In this document: positions 1 to 11,293 of the stretch, piece by piece
Layout: every line of letters starts with the position of its first letter
How positions within the stretch are numbered: position 1 is the first letter of the stretch
Origin: Octopus sinensis
Lineage: Eukaryota
Assembly: GCF_006345805.1 (NCBI RefSeq)
Contig: NC_043007.1
Location: 62,682,001-62,746,000 of the forward strand
DNA length: 64,000 nucleotides
Direction of reading: 5' to 3'
Notes under the pieces: generated by a model
What the model saw: the letters and a program-made list of their open reading frames with translations, nothing else
Told to the model about the DNA's origin: nothing
Database searches by the model: none
Made by a program: the position numbers and the translations under genes

Positions 1-1620
1 TGTTGGGTAGGAATTCCAATATTTTGACACTCAAGGTGAGGAAGGGAGTTAGACCTTGGAGAGAAGCATGCTGCATGGATTTGATATGCAAAGAGCTTGC
101 TCTAAGAAGCAGAGAACATTGAAGTAACTGTAAGTAGATAGAAAAAACATAGTGAGGATACACATTTGTGAACAAGAGCCTCAAGTGCATTGGTGGCAAT
201 GTAAATAAGCTGGGTGGGTTTTTTAGGATGTTGTATCTGTGAAGAGATGTGGCTTAGTGGTTAGGGTGTCAGGTTTACAGTTATAAAGTCATGAGTTTGA
301 TTCCTGGATTGAGCAGTGTATTATATCCTTGGGCAAGACGCATCATTTCATGTTACACCTGTCTAATCAGCTGAAAATCGTTATCATCCTAGTGCTGGTG
401 CAATTCTCTCTCCCTCTAGCTATTATAGTCTCAAGGTTCTGCTGGGCCAAGAGTGGGAGAGATGAGAAGATGTCTACATCTCTTCATGACAACATAAGCA
501 CCTAAAACAATCAATGAAAATATGGTAGTCTTACTCATTTGCAAGTAATGGCTAAGCTTAAGCTTAAGTGTATGTATGTGTAGTAGCAGCACCATCATAG
601 GTGTGGGAGCAGTAATCTATCATGGACCTTGCTAAAGTTTTATAGAGTCAGTAGCTGTTGAGATCTGAAGTTTTCCTGGGTCTGAAGAGAAAGATTTGTC
701 TTTGGGAGGCAATTTTTTCTAAGATTTTGAATGTAGGATCATCAGTTTAAGATCTATAGCAACTTTGGGATTTTTAGTTGTGTTATTAATGATCAGGTAA
801 TAGTGGATGAAGATCATACAAGATCGTTTCCTTGTGTGAAGTTACAACATCTTTATGCTGTATAAGGAAACAAAAACTAAAAATATTATCTCCTGGAATG
901 TTTTCATAGCTTCTCTTCAAAAAGTTAGCATTGTTTTGGTATGATGAGGACACTTGTTTGAAAAAGATTAGGAAGGTGTGAAGGGTATTAATATCTGCAT
1001 AGGAGTAGGTGTCAATGGAAGTACTGGTAGTAGATTGTTGATGTACAGAAGGAAGACTATGGGGTCCATTCCAACAGATGCAGTGTGCGTTAGAGTGAAT
1101 AACATTAGTTCATACTATAGTGCTGTAAACTGAAAGGAATCTTCTACTCCAAGAGTCTAGAGATGTATGGATCCCATAGGTTGGCAGCTTAAATAGGATA
1201 CTAACATGCCAAACAAATTGAAAGGCTTTGCTGATGCTAAGCACAATGACATTGCTTTTATCAAACTTCTCAATGACAAAGAACTATCCTTTGATCTTAT
1301 GTGTTGATGTCGGGACCTGAAAACCTTTTCCTGTCATTCACACATAAGATCAACTGATGGATAGTAAAGAAAAGAAAGAAAGAAAATTAAAAACAATGGA
1401 AATGATATCAAATATCCTATATGGAAACAGGACTTCAGATTTGGATCTACAAAAGTCTTTTTGATGGTCACTGAGGAGAGCAATACAAGATGTTAGATCA
1501 GAGGATTGTTAATGACTTTTCCCATCTTTCAAAAGGGATGGGGAAATGCAAGTGATAGTCAACAAGACCAGAGAGGTGGCTCTTCTTTGAAATGAGACAA
1601 ACTGTAACATTTTCCAATAT
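1..1620 (-). mobile_element. Highly degraded non-LTR retrotransposon (CR1/L2/Jockey-group) RT and 3' region, interrupted by a SINE
   Basis: Minus strand ~1070-975 reads PIVFLLYINNLL..TSIDTYSYADINTLH (degenerate RT motifs including YADD). A 'WNS' 3' motif lies at ~10-30 and a VSSLCF-like segment at ~140-170. Many stops and frameshifts; upper boundary approximate. Confidence 0.6.
246..390 (+). mobile_element. Old tRNA-derived SINE head
   Basis: A-box gtggcttagtggtt, degenerate B-box gagtttgattcc, then tccttgggcaagac. The same head occurs at 12435, 15390(-), 36785 and 47575. Confidence 0.65.
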
Positions 1621-1664
1621 GTATATGTAAAGTCAAGATAGCAGGCTCACAGAATCATTACTGT

Positions 1665-1845
1665 GCCAGGCGAAATGCTTAATAGCATTTCATGTCTCTA
1701 CGTTCTAAGATCAAATGCCACTGAGGTCAACTTTGCCTTTCATCAGGGTTAATAAAATAAGTACCAGTTGAGTATTGGGGGTCAATGTAATCAACTTAGT
1801 CCCTCCCTTGAAATTGCTAGCCTTGTGTCAAAATTTGAAACCAAT
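1665..1845 (+). mobile_element. tRNA-derived SINE with Meta-domain-like core (most abundant family in window)
   Basis: Core gaggtcaactttgcctttcatc...ataaaataagtaccag. Other copies at ~2890-3101(+), 7033-7510(+), 7929-8130(+), 13944-14158(-), 14461-14686(-), 17925-18548(-, three), 19417-19630(-), 28677-28792(-), 33270-33480(-), 45050-45200(-), 54605-54800(-), 60670-61075(-, two). Confidence 0.85.
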
Positions 1846-2889
1846 ATGTATTGGTAAAGTATCAAGCAAAAACAAATTCCTTGTAGTCTTTAGTTACATC
1901 CAGCTTGACTTTACTCTTCCACTTCGAGGGTAGGGGCAGTAAAATCAATGCCAGATACAGTACTGGGGTCAATATAATTGATTAAAAACTTTGAAGGTAA
2001 TGCTCTAGTATGATTGCAATGACTGAATAACCTGTGCAAGAGTAAAATAAAGAATTGTTGAATAAATGAAATAAGCTAAAAATAACTGAAAATATCCCAA
2101 AATAGCAGAATTGAAGGTGGAACAACAGCATTGAAGGGATATGTAATGGGAGAATTCTAATCCATTTTTGCAGAATAGAATAATTCAGCACAACTAATAA
2201 TGCCATCAGTTTCTACAACATTGTATGTTTAATGGAGATGAGTGCCTGGCCCAAGGCTTATTCTTCTGAAGTAGGGTGTTTTTCACACAAGAACATCTAC
2301 ATTCAGAATTGTGAACCATTAAAACATGTTTGCATCAAAACATTATACCACCCTGAGATATCTATTTAGAAATAGATGAATTTAGTCATATCAATGACAG
2401 AATACGAATAACTAGTCTGGTTATTTGTTGTTTCAATCATGCTTTTTTAAAGGAGGAATTGTGTTATTCTAAAAGAGGAGAGGATGGTCTGTTTTGTAGT
2501 TGCAGAATGTGTAAAGTTTGATAATGGATAAATCAGACCGAACAAGGAGAGAAACATGTGAAATAATTGATTGAATCAAATTTGATAGACTCTGGGAAAA
2601 AATGCTGAAAAAATGCCCAGAAGAACTAAAGCTTAATCAATATAAGAATGAAACATTGCAGTGTACAACATTTAACAGCTTAGATATTAAAAAAGAAAAT
2701 GAGATGAAAATGCTATGGATATTACTAAATCTTGTTCCACCATCCATGCATAAGATCAAAGAGTAATAGAAACTAAAGAATAATAATAGAAATGATATCA
2801 GATGTGCATAAGATTGTGCAAAAGGAATGATCCATCCTTTACTGTCTGGAAATAAGAGTGCTTGCTGGCATTTTTTTATTTTATATATA

Positions 2890-3101
2890 AGGCAGTAAGC
2901 TGGCAGAAGTGTTAGTATAAGAAAAAATACCTTGCAATATTTGTTCTGGTTCTTTACATTCTGTGTTCAAATCCTGCAGAGATCAGCTTTGACTTTTGTC
3001 TTTATGTGGACCAATAAAATAAAGTAACAGTCAAGCACTAAGGTGAATGTCAACAACTAACCCCTCAAAATTGCTGGCCTTGTGCCTAAATTAGAAACCA
3101 A
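2890..3101 (+). mobile_element. Meta-type SINE, near full length
   Basis: Head aaggcagtaagctggcagaagtgttag, B-box gttcaaatcc, tail ggccttgtgcctaaattagaaacc. Confidence 0.75.
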
Positions 3102-3361
3102 ATCATTATTTATTACCAGCATGTAAAGCACAATAGTCTTTGCTAGCTGTTATAGCTTGAATAAAAAAATACTGATAGACAAAGCAAGATGAAAAATAGG
3201 GGACACATTGGAAGACATACTATTGTTCTTTTAGTACCAAATATATGACTGTAAAGAGAAAGCAATATTTAATTTTAGAAGATAAGTCAGTTATTATCAG
3301 TAACCAATGTTTGAAATAGATAAAATCTGGAGATGTAAGTATGAATATAAGGATGTATATA

Positions 3362-3434
3362 TGGATGGATGGACAGATGGGCGGGTGGACGGACGGATGG
3401 ATGGATGGATGGATGGATGGATGGATGGATGGAT
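3362..3434. repeat. (GGAT)n/(GGAC)n tetranucleotide microsatellite
   Basis: Directly visible. Confidence 0.95.
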
Positions 3435-3444
3435 ACATGTGTAT

Positions 3445-3827
3445 ATTAGGTGAAGGTATGCTTCTATGGAAAGAAGTTTGCTCCCCAATCACATAGTTTT
3501 GGGTTCAGTCCCACTGCATAGCACCTTGTGTAAGTGTCTTCTACAATAGCCCTTGGTCAACCAAAACCCTGTGAGTGTGTGGGTGTGTGTGTGTGTGTGA
3601 GTATGTGTGTTTTGCTGTTACATGATAGTTGTAAGCAAATGTCACTGTCGTGCAAGTGGTGTTCATTCTAAATCTTCTGCAGAAAATATCTGGTCCTGGG
3701 GAAATATTACCTTACTTCAAAACAGGAAAGGGTTGGTGTCAGGAAAGGCATCCAGTTGTAGAAAATCCACCTGAACACATTCTGTCCAACCCATGCAAGC
3801 ATGAAAAAGTGGGCATTAAAATGACAG

Positions 3828-3857
<30 letters not shown>
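3445..3857 (+). mobile_element. tRNA-headed SINE (CORE-like block) with RTE-type 3' tail ending in (ATG)n
   Basis: Head gggttcagtcccactgcatagcaccttg, a (TG)n linker, then the tail ggaaaggcatccagttgtagaaaa...aacccatgcaagcatg shared with RTE 3' ends. Similar copy at 25800-26240. Confidence 0.75.
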
Positions 3858-3858
<1 letters not shown>

Positions 3859-3860
3859 AT

Positions 3861-3902
<42 letters not shown>

Positions 3903-4094
3903 CATTATATAAAAGAGCTTAGTAAAATAAATTACTTTGCCGCATACTGAACTCATTAGAAATAGTAGCTAAAAAAACTTTTTTAAAAACTATTTCTAAT
4001 ACTTAAAGAAAACCTCTCTCATATAGTGTTTGCTCAATTCAACTCACGAAAGTATGGGGGTAAAGACATTAAAAAATCAAATGCAAAGGTTATT

Positions 4095-4146
4095 TGAGAA
4101 CGTACGTTTCAAGATTAGTCAACTCGACATTTCTATCATCAGCTCA
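4095..4146 (-). ncRNA. Minimal type I hammerhead ribozyme motif
   Basis: Reverse complement: TGAG CTGATGA t-AGA..GTC gagtt GAC..TCT-t GAAAC gtac GTT CTCA. Stem I TGAG/CTCA, palindromic stem III loop GTAC. Confidence 0.8.
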
Positions 4147-4838
4147 GAACTCCTTGGTTTGGATTTGAAAACACTGAAAGTGGGAGCATACCCTTTCGGC
4201 TTCTTATCGCTTCTGAAGATCTGCTCGAAACTAACAGTGTCAGCAAACTCAAATATGCAAGCGAAGAATTTCTGCTCTCCCCTTTCCACCAGCGTGGGTT
4301 AAAATCAGTAAACACTATGCTTTTTTCGGTAAAATCCGAGGCATTAAATAGAGAGAGATGAATTTCAACAATTGAGGGTAAAATTAATTAATTATTAATC
4401 AATTTCACCAAGTATTCAGTATGCAAAGGGACCATTTAAGGCGAATTCAAATTATTACATTATATAAAAGGGCTTAGTAAAATAAATTACTTTGCCGCAT
4501 ACTGAACTCATTAGAAATAGTAGCTAAAAAAACTTTGAATTCGCCTTAAATGGTCCCTTTGCATACTGAATACTTGGTGAAATTGATTAATAATTAATTA
4601 ATTTTACCCTCAATTGTTGAAATTCATCTCTCTCTATTTAATGCCTCGGATTTTACCGAAAAAAGCATAGTGTTTACTGATTTTAACCCACGCTGGTGGA
4701 AAGGGGAGAGCAGAAATTCTTCGCTTGCATATTTGAGTTTGCTGACACTGTTAGTTTCGAGCAGATCTTCAGAAGCGATAAGAAGCCGAAAGGGTATGCT
4801 CCCACTTTCAGTGTTTTCAAATCCAAACCAAGGAGTTC

Positions 4839-4890
4839 TGAGCTGATGATAGAAATGTCGAGTTGACTAATCTTGAAACGTATGTTCTCA
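4839..4890 (+). ncRNA. Minimal type I hammerhead ribozyme motif (second arm)
   Basis: TGAG CTGATGA(4843-4849)...GAAAC(4875-4879) gtat GTT CTCA. Loop GTAT is a one-base variant of GTAC. Confidence 0.78.
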
Positions 4891-5719
4891 AATAACCTTT
4901 GCATTTGATTTTTTAATGTCTTTACCCCCATACTTTCGTGAGTTGAATTGAGCAAACACTATATGAGAGAGGTTTTCTTTAAGTATTAGAAATAGTTTTT
5001 AAAAAAGTTTTTTTAGCTACTATTTCTAATGAGTTCAGTATGCGGCAAAGTAATTTATTTTACTAAGCCCTTTTATATAATGTAATAATTTGAATTCGCC
5101 TTAAATGGTCCCTTTGCATACTGAATACTTGGTGAAATTGATTAATAATTAATTAATTTTACCCTCAATTGTTGAAATTATATATATATATATATATGGA
5201 ATAAGCAGGACAAGAGGAGATACATTGGATAGAGTCACTGAGGAGGTCACAGAATGTGTGATGAGAGAACTTTGACAGACATATAAGCTAAAAATAATAT
5301 GAATAAAAACTAAAGTGAGGATCAAATAATGCATGTGTTTAATTGGTAAAAAGACAGAGAAAAAATTACCAGTACAAAGTATAACAACACACACACACAC
5401 ACACATGCTCACATACATACACAGTTACTTGTGATTATTTGCTAACGTACAAGATTTATAGAAGGTGGAGGACAATTGTGCAAGATAATAAATGTCCCAA
5501 TATCACACATCACCAAACTTCCACATCTGCTTAAATACTTGCTCTGGTGTGATGAGCGAAAGTGGAACAATATTGAATTGGTAACATATTGGAATGTCCA
5601 AACAGGCTGAAATCTCTTTTTTACTTAATTTTTTTTTTCTTTTATGTATTTCAAAAAATAAACTAACTCTTTATAACCTGCTATGTTTTACTTTACTTCA
5701 AGCTTTTGAACAGTAATTG

Positions 5720-5721
<2 letters not shown>

Positions 5722-5784
<63 letters not shown>

Positions 5785-5790
5785 GCTGCT
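5722..5790. repeat. (ACT)n microsatellite
   Basis: Directly visible. Confidence 0.95.
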
Positions 5791-6139
5791 TACCTCTCAC
5801 AGTCTGGATAGGTGGCACTGCGAGCTAATTTAGGTGTGTTTACACAATTTGTCTACAGTGAGAAATTTTTTTCATGGCATAATATGGTGAATGGTTTGCT
5901 TATGAGTTTGGACATGTCACAAGCATATTTGAACTGGTAATAAGAACATTGCAGTATAATTTCTGTAAAAACTAGATCCATAACTGGCCTAATCTCTTCC
6001 TTTATAGGTTTAACAACTACTTGATTCTTGGGTGGTAAACTTAATACATTACCTGGTTTAATACTACCATCTGGTTCTTGGTGCCCTTTGCGGAATTTAT
6101 CCTGCTGCATGCATTCAAAGCAGGTTTTTGGTCTAAGGA

Positions 6140-7020
6140 GCGCCCATGCTGATGAGCTTGCTCTAATAGCTGAGTCACCAACAGAACTAGAGATGAGGTT
6201 TAGTGTGTGGAAGCAAGGTCTGAAATCAAAGGGCCTTAAGGTTAACCTAGTGGATAGAGAACCCATGCAATGTACCCAGTGTAAGCTGTGAACACACAAA
6301 AGGTGCAGCAATATTAAAAGAAAGTTAACCAGGAAGGTAGTTTTTGTGTGTGGCAGATGCACAGGGGCAATAAACACTGAAGATGTACAGAAAACAGATT
6401 TCATCACATACCAGGGGGAAAAAACTAGAAGTAGTTGATAGCTTCTGCTGCCTAGGCAATAAAGTCTGTAATGGGGTGGTTACTTTGAGATTGTAGCAGC
6501 TAGAATAAGAATAGCCTGGGCAAAATTCAGCTGGCAAAGTTCTGCTGGCAACTAAGGGCCTCTTGCACAGGATGAAAGGTAGACTGTATGATGCATGGGC
6601 CATGACTGCTGAGGGCATGTGTAGGCTTGAAAGAAATGAAGCTAGGATGATCTGCTGGATGTGTAATGTCAGTGTGCATACACAACAGAGAGTGAGCACC
6701 CTGAGAGAAAAGTTAGACATAAGAAGCATCAAATGTGTTGTGCAAGAGAGACGACTGCACTGGTATGGTCATATGTTACGTATGGTTGAGGACAGCTGTG
6801 TGAGGAAGTGCCACACCCTAACTGTGGAAGGAAGCTGTGGAAAAGATAGACCCAGGAAAACATGGGATGAGGTGGTGAAGCATGATCTTCAAATGTTGGG
6901 CCTCACAGAGGCAATGACAGGAGACTAAAACATTTGGAGATATACTGTGCTTGAGAAAACTCAGCAACTAAAGTGAGATCGCAGCCATGACCGATGCCAG
7001 TGTTGCATGTCTGGCCCATT
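6140..7020 (+). mobile_element. RTE-clade LINE, 5'-truncated, degraded (RT end to C-terminus)
   Basis: HADELALIAES (YADD-like) and RRLHWYGHMLRM...GSCGKDRPRKTWDEVVKHDL, a typical RTE C-terminus; frameshifted. Confidence 0.9.
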
Positions 7021-7079
7021 TAAAAGTACTGCTTGGCTGAATAGTTAGCATGCCAGGTGAAATGCTTAGCAGTATTTCA

Positions 7080-7151
7080 TGGACATATGGCATAGTGGTT
7101 AAGAGTGTAGGCTACTAACCCCAAGATTCTGAGTTCAATTCCAGGCAGTGA

Positions 7152-7214
<63 letters not shown>

Positions 7215-7408
7215 CAACAACAACATCATAAAAAAATACCTTAGGAATGAGAACACAAGTTCGAAATTTACCCAAGACACCTGATGAAGGCTGGAGGGTA
7301 TATCAGCCGAAACGTGTTAACAACAAACAAGATGAGGACAAATATCTGTCAAATGTAAATAATGTAAATAATGTACATAATTCCTCATCTCTTAAATATA
7401 GAACTGTT
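7080..7408 (+). mobile_element. tRNA-headed SINE with internal (AAT)n and hammerhead-like motif, inserted in a Meta-type SINE
   Basis: A-box tggcatagtggttaag and B-box gagttcaattcc; ACAC CTGATGA a GGCTG..CAGCC GAAAC GTGT at 7277-7317. An 8 bp TSD gtatttca lies at 7072-7079 and 7409-7416. Confidence 0.8.
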
Positions 7409-7569
7409 GTATTTCACTTGTTGCTACATTTTGAGTTCAAATTCTGCCAAGGTCGACTTTGCCTTTCAGGGTCGATAAACTAAGTACCAGTGAAACACTG
7501 AGGTTGATTGAGGCCTTTTGCCTCCAGTATAAAGGATTATTATTATTGTTGTTGTTGTTGTTGTTGTTA

Positions 7570-7917
7570 TGTGAGAGAATAGTCCATGCCATCAAAGTGA
7601 CACTAGATGCAAATATACGAAGCTGAATATACCCATCATGACTACTCATGTGATAAGGGTACACTAAGCATATGCATCCATATGCACTTGACATGATAAC
7701 TTCATATTAAGATAAACAATGCATGATTTTGTAGGTGGGGCCCTGTTAGAATTTTCTTTTGGTTAAGTAGCCCATCATGTTCAAAAGGTCCCTGAATAAA
7801 GGTTGTTTAAGGATGTTGAACAAAACAGAGGCAAATTATTCAACATGCTCAACTGGTTATGGTCAAACAACTGACAAACAAATCTGTGGTATTGAGCAGA
7901 ATATTTGCTGTAGCCCT
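7570..7917 (-). mobile_element. ~550 bp non-coding element family embedded in (TAA)n; internally deleted older copy
   Basis: Homologous to 8254-8450, 18857-19357 and 57511-58070; flanked by (TTA)/(TTG) repeats. Confidence 0.8.
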
Positions 7918-8253
7918 ATTATTATTATTGGCAGATTCATTAGCATGTCAGGCGAAATGCTTAGCGGAATTTTATTTCTCATTATGTTCTGAGTTCAAAT
8001 TCTGCTAAGGTCAACTTTACCTTTCATCCATTTGGGGTTGATAAAATGAGTATCAGTGAAACACTGGAGTCAATGTAATCGGTTCATCCTCTCCCCCGCA
8101 AATTTCAGGCCTTGTGCCTATAGTAGAAAGAATCATCATCGTCGTTGTCATCATCGTCGTCATCGTCATCATCATCATCATCATCATCCTCATCATCATC
8201 ATCATCATCATCATTATTATTATTATTATTATCATTATTATTATTATTATTAT

Positions 8254-8450
8254 TGAGTGAGAGAGCAGTTCATGCCATCAAAGTGACACTGGGGTAAAAT
8301 ATACGAAGCCCAATATACCCATCATGACTACCCGTCTGATAAAGGTACACCAGGCACATGCATCACAACCATATGTGCGCGACATGGTGATCTCATATCA
8401 AGATAAACAGCACATGACCTTGCAGGTGGGGCCCAGTTAGAATTTTCTTC
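8254..8450 (-). mobile_element. Same (TAA)n-embedded family, young truncated copy
   Basis: Near-identical to the reverse complement of ~19160-19357; lies between (TTA)n and (TCA)n/(TTA)n tracts. Confidence 0.85.
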
Positions 8451-8460
8451 ATCATCATCA

Positions 8461-8521
<61 letters not shown>

Positions 8522-9168
8522 ACTAATAATATTGTCAATCCAACTGGAAAATAGCCAGAGAATGTCTTAGAAAATATTTTTGTTGTGTCTATTGTTCTGT
8601 ATCCAAATTGCTAAAATACCAGTTATTAAATTTAAAAAAAAAATCAATGAATTTGCTGTGGTTTAAGTCTGTATGTAACCTTTTATCAAGAGCAATAGTA
8701 GAGTAGCTTGGGATGGTAGAATGATGAATTGGGCCACGGATGGACACACACACACACATGCACACGCATATGCACACACACACACACACACACTCATGCA
8801 CATACACACACAAACACATATACACGTAATACACGTATATAAAACATGCCCTGTCTTTCATTTACTGTCATGGTTATTTGTCTGGTTGCTGTGTCAGATG
8901 GAGGGTGGCATTAAATGCCAACCTTAAAAGTGCAATTTCTGCCATTTTAATATGTAGCAGCAGCAGCAGTAGTAGTAGTAGTAGTAGTTGTTGTTGTTTT
9001 TGTTTACGTTGATGAGAAACTTGTTGCTGATGATGATATAATCTTTCTGTGTTATTGCTCTGATACTGATACTGTCATTGGTTGTTACTGGTGTTTTTTT
9101 GCCAAGTATTGGTGTCTTTTTGCCAAGTATTGGTGTCTTTTTTCCCTTGTATTTTAGTTGGATGCCAA

Positions 9169-9735
9169 TGTGGGCTTATGACATAGATACCTTGACAATA
9201 TAGTATATAACTGACATAAATAAAAAGAAATCGCTTACCAGGCCAGGTCCTTGCTAAGAACGTACCTTTGGATCTACACTGCATACAAAAACAAAAAGCG
9301 ATCTTTTTCTTTTTATAGTTTTATCATAGCTTAACCTCTGCTCAACTCTGATTCAGTGATCCTATAAACAAAAACAGACAAGTTTCAACCATTCTGTATT
9401 TTACCTTTCCCACACATAGTGCATCTAGAATTATATTATCTAATATTTTTGGAGGAAGTTCTTGTGGGGTTATGACATAGATTCCTTCACAATATAGTAT
9501 ATTACTGACATAAATAAAAAGAAAACGCTGACCAGACCCTTGCCAAGAACTTACCTTGGTTTCTACAGCTCTGTAGTTAAAAAGACACTGATTTTTTTCT
9601 TTTTATGGTTTTGTCATAGCTTAGCCTCAGCTTAGCTCTGATTCAGCAGATCTATATACAAAGAGAGACAAGCCATAACCATCCTGTATTTTTCTTTTCC
9701 CACACATTGGGCAAATAAGATTATAGTATATAATG
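9169..9735. repeat. Diverged tandem duplication, period ~294 bp
   Basis: tgtggg(c/g)ttatgacatagat..caatatagtatat..actgacataaataaaaagaaa occurs at ~9169 and ~9463, colinear to tttcccacacat. Confidence 0.85.
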
Positions 9736-10264
9736 TGACCTTTTTTGAGATAGTAGGGCTGCGTATTTCCAACAGAATAGTGAGACTGTGATTCATGGCA
9801 AGGGACATCTATTTGGGTTGTACATTTTTAAAAGTATAGCTTAAGGTTTTAGAAATTCCATAATAATAGTTGAACTCCTCTATGGCTGGTTGAGGAAGAA
9901 AGAAGGTGGTAGATGTAAGGTGAGCAGCCCTGAACTATCAAATTTTCTGCATTACCAATGAAATGCTAACAAGAGGACATATGAAACTGGTCCTAGTATC
10001 TGGAGGTAGTTTACAGAAATGGCATATAAAGCAATGGAGTGAAATCTGGAAGGAAGCTCATTTGTAGAATAATCTTCTCTCAGCATGGAAAAACAAGGAG
10101 AAGGTCCATAGAGGCTAAAGCACTGGCAGGCAGTTACATCTGGGGACAAGTATGATAAATATAATTCTTCGAGGTGGCACCCCTGCATGGTCACAGTCTA
10201 ATGACTGAAACAAGTAAATGATAAAAGATAAAGACGTTATTCGCAACTTTAATATACACAAATT

Positions 10265-11293
10265 ATCATCATCATCATCATCATCATTTAATATCTGTTG
10301 TCAATGCTGGCATGGGTTGGATGTTGTGACCAGGGTTGGCAAGCTGGAAGGCTGCACCAGACTTCAGTCTGTTTTGAAATGGTTTCTACAGCTGGATGCC
10401 CTTCCTAATGCCAACCACTCTGAGAGTGTAATGAGTGCTTTTATGTGCCACCAGCATGGGTGCCATATGCATGATATTGGTATCTGCCACGATTGCGGTT
10501 TTACTTGGCTTGATGGGTCTTCTTCTCAGCATGGCATAATGCCAAATGGACTTGATCATTGCCTCTGTGAGGCTCAACACTTGAAGCACAGCTCAATGCC
10601 AAATTGTCTTGGTCCATGCCTCCATGAGGCCCAACACTTGAAAGGCACTTTATGTGCCATTAGCATGGGTGCTATTTGTATGACACCAGTATCTGCCAGA
10701 CTGCAATTTTACTTAGCTTGATGGGTCTTTTTCTCAAGCACAACATAATGCCAAAAGATCAAGCAGGGTTATCTACCTAAAGGGACTTGTGGTTTGTCTG
10801 CCTTTGTAGTTCCTAAGACTTTGGTTTTTGCTAGGTTAACTCTATGGCCCTTTGATTCTAAACTTTGCTTCCATACCTGGAACTTCTTTTCTAGTTCTGG
10901 AAGTGATTCAGCTATAAGAACTAGGTCATCAGCATAGAGGAGCTCCCAGGGGCAGCCTGTCTTGAATTCCTCTGTTATTACCTGGAGGACTATGATGAAC
11001 AAGAAGGGGTTTAAGACTAATCCTTGGTGAACCTGTACCCTGAATTCTTAGCTGTACTCATTACCATTTCTCACCTTACTGGTAGCATCTCTGTACATGG
11101 CTTGTACAGCTCTCACCAGCCACTCATCTATCCCTAGTTTCTGCATTGACCACCAGATAAGGGATTGGAGGACTCTGTCAAAAGCTTTCTCCAAGTCAAC
11201 AAAAGCTAAGTACAGAGGTTTATCTTTGGTTATGTATTTCTCCTGCAGCTGCCTTACCAGAAATATAGCATCAGTGGTGCTTCTCCCTGGCAC
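10265..11293 (-). mobile_element. RTE-clade LINE fragment (RT core) joined to its repeat-containing 3' UTR and (ATG)n tail
   Basis: MPGRSTTDAIFLVRQLQEKY...AFVDLEKAFDRV and PWELLYADDLVLIAES. The 3' UTR ~10290-10760 matches the tail after the RTE ORF at 62750-63020. Confidence 0.9.

Larger units (their letters stand above)
3899..5179. mobile_element. Fold-back insertion of a 555 bp hammerhead-bearing monomer (Penelope-like pLTR / retrozyme-like) in (TA)n
   Basis: Arm 1 is 3899-4536 (attacattat at 3899 and 4454, period 555). Arm 2 is 4534-5179, the reverse complement (tttgaattcgcc at 4534 and 5089, period 555). (TA)n lies on both sides and the arms are almost identical. Confidence 0.85.

Noticed and set aside
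4030-4955. Pair of 90 aa ORFs (4030-4302 +, 4683-4955 -) as duplicated genes
   Set aside because: They start at TTG, have no recognisable domain, and are antisense to the HHR; their identity simply reflects the inverted repeat.
3899-5179. Simple sequencing or assembly palindrome artefact, or a MITE
   Set aside because: The arms differ by substitutions, begin at different permutation points, and revert to unrelated flanks at (TA)n; the ends are not matched TIRs. Read confirmation is still advisable.
7080-7155. tRNA gene (also other A/B-box hits)
   Set aside because: No complete cloverleaf or oligo-T terminator; each continues into a SINE body.
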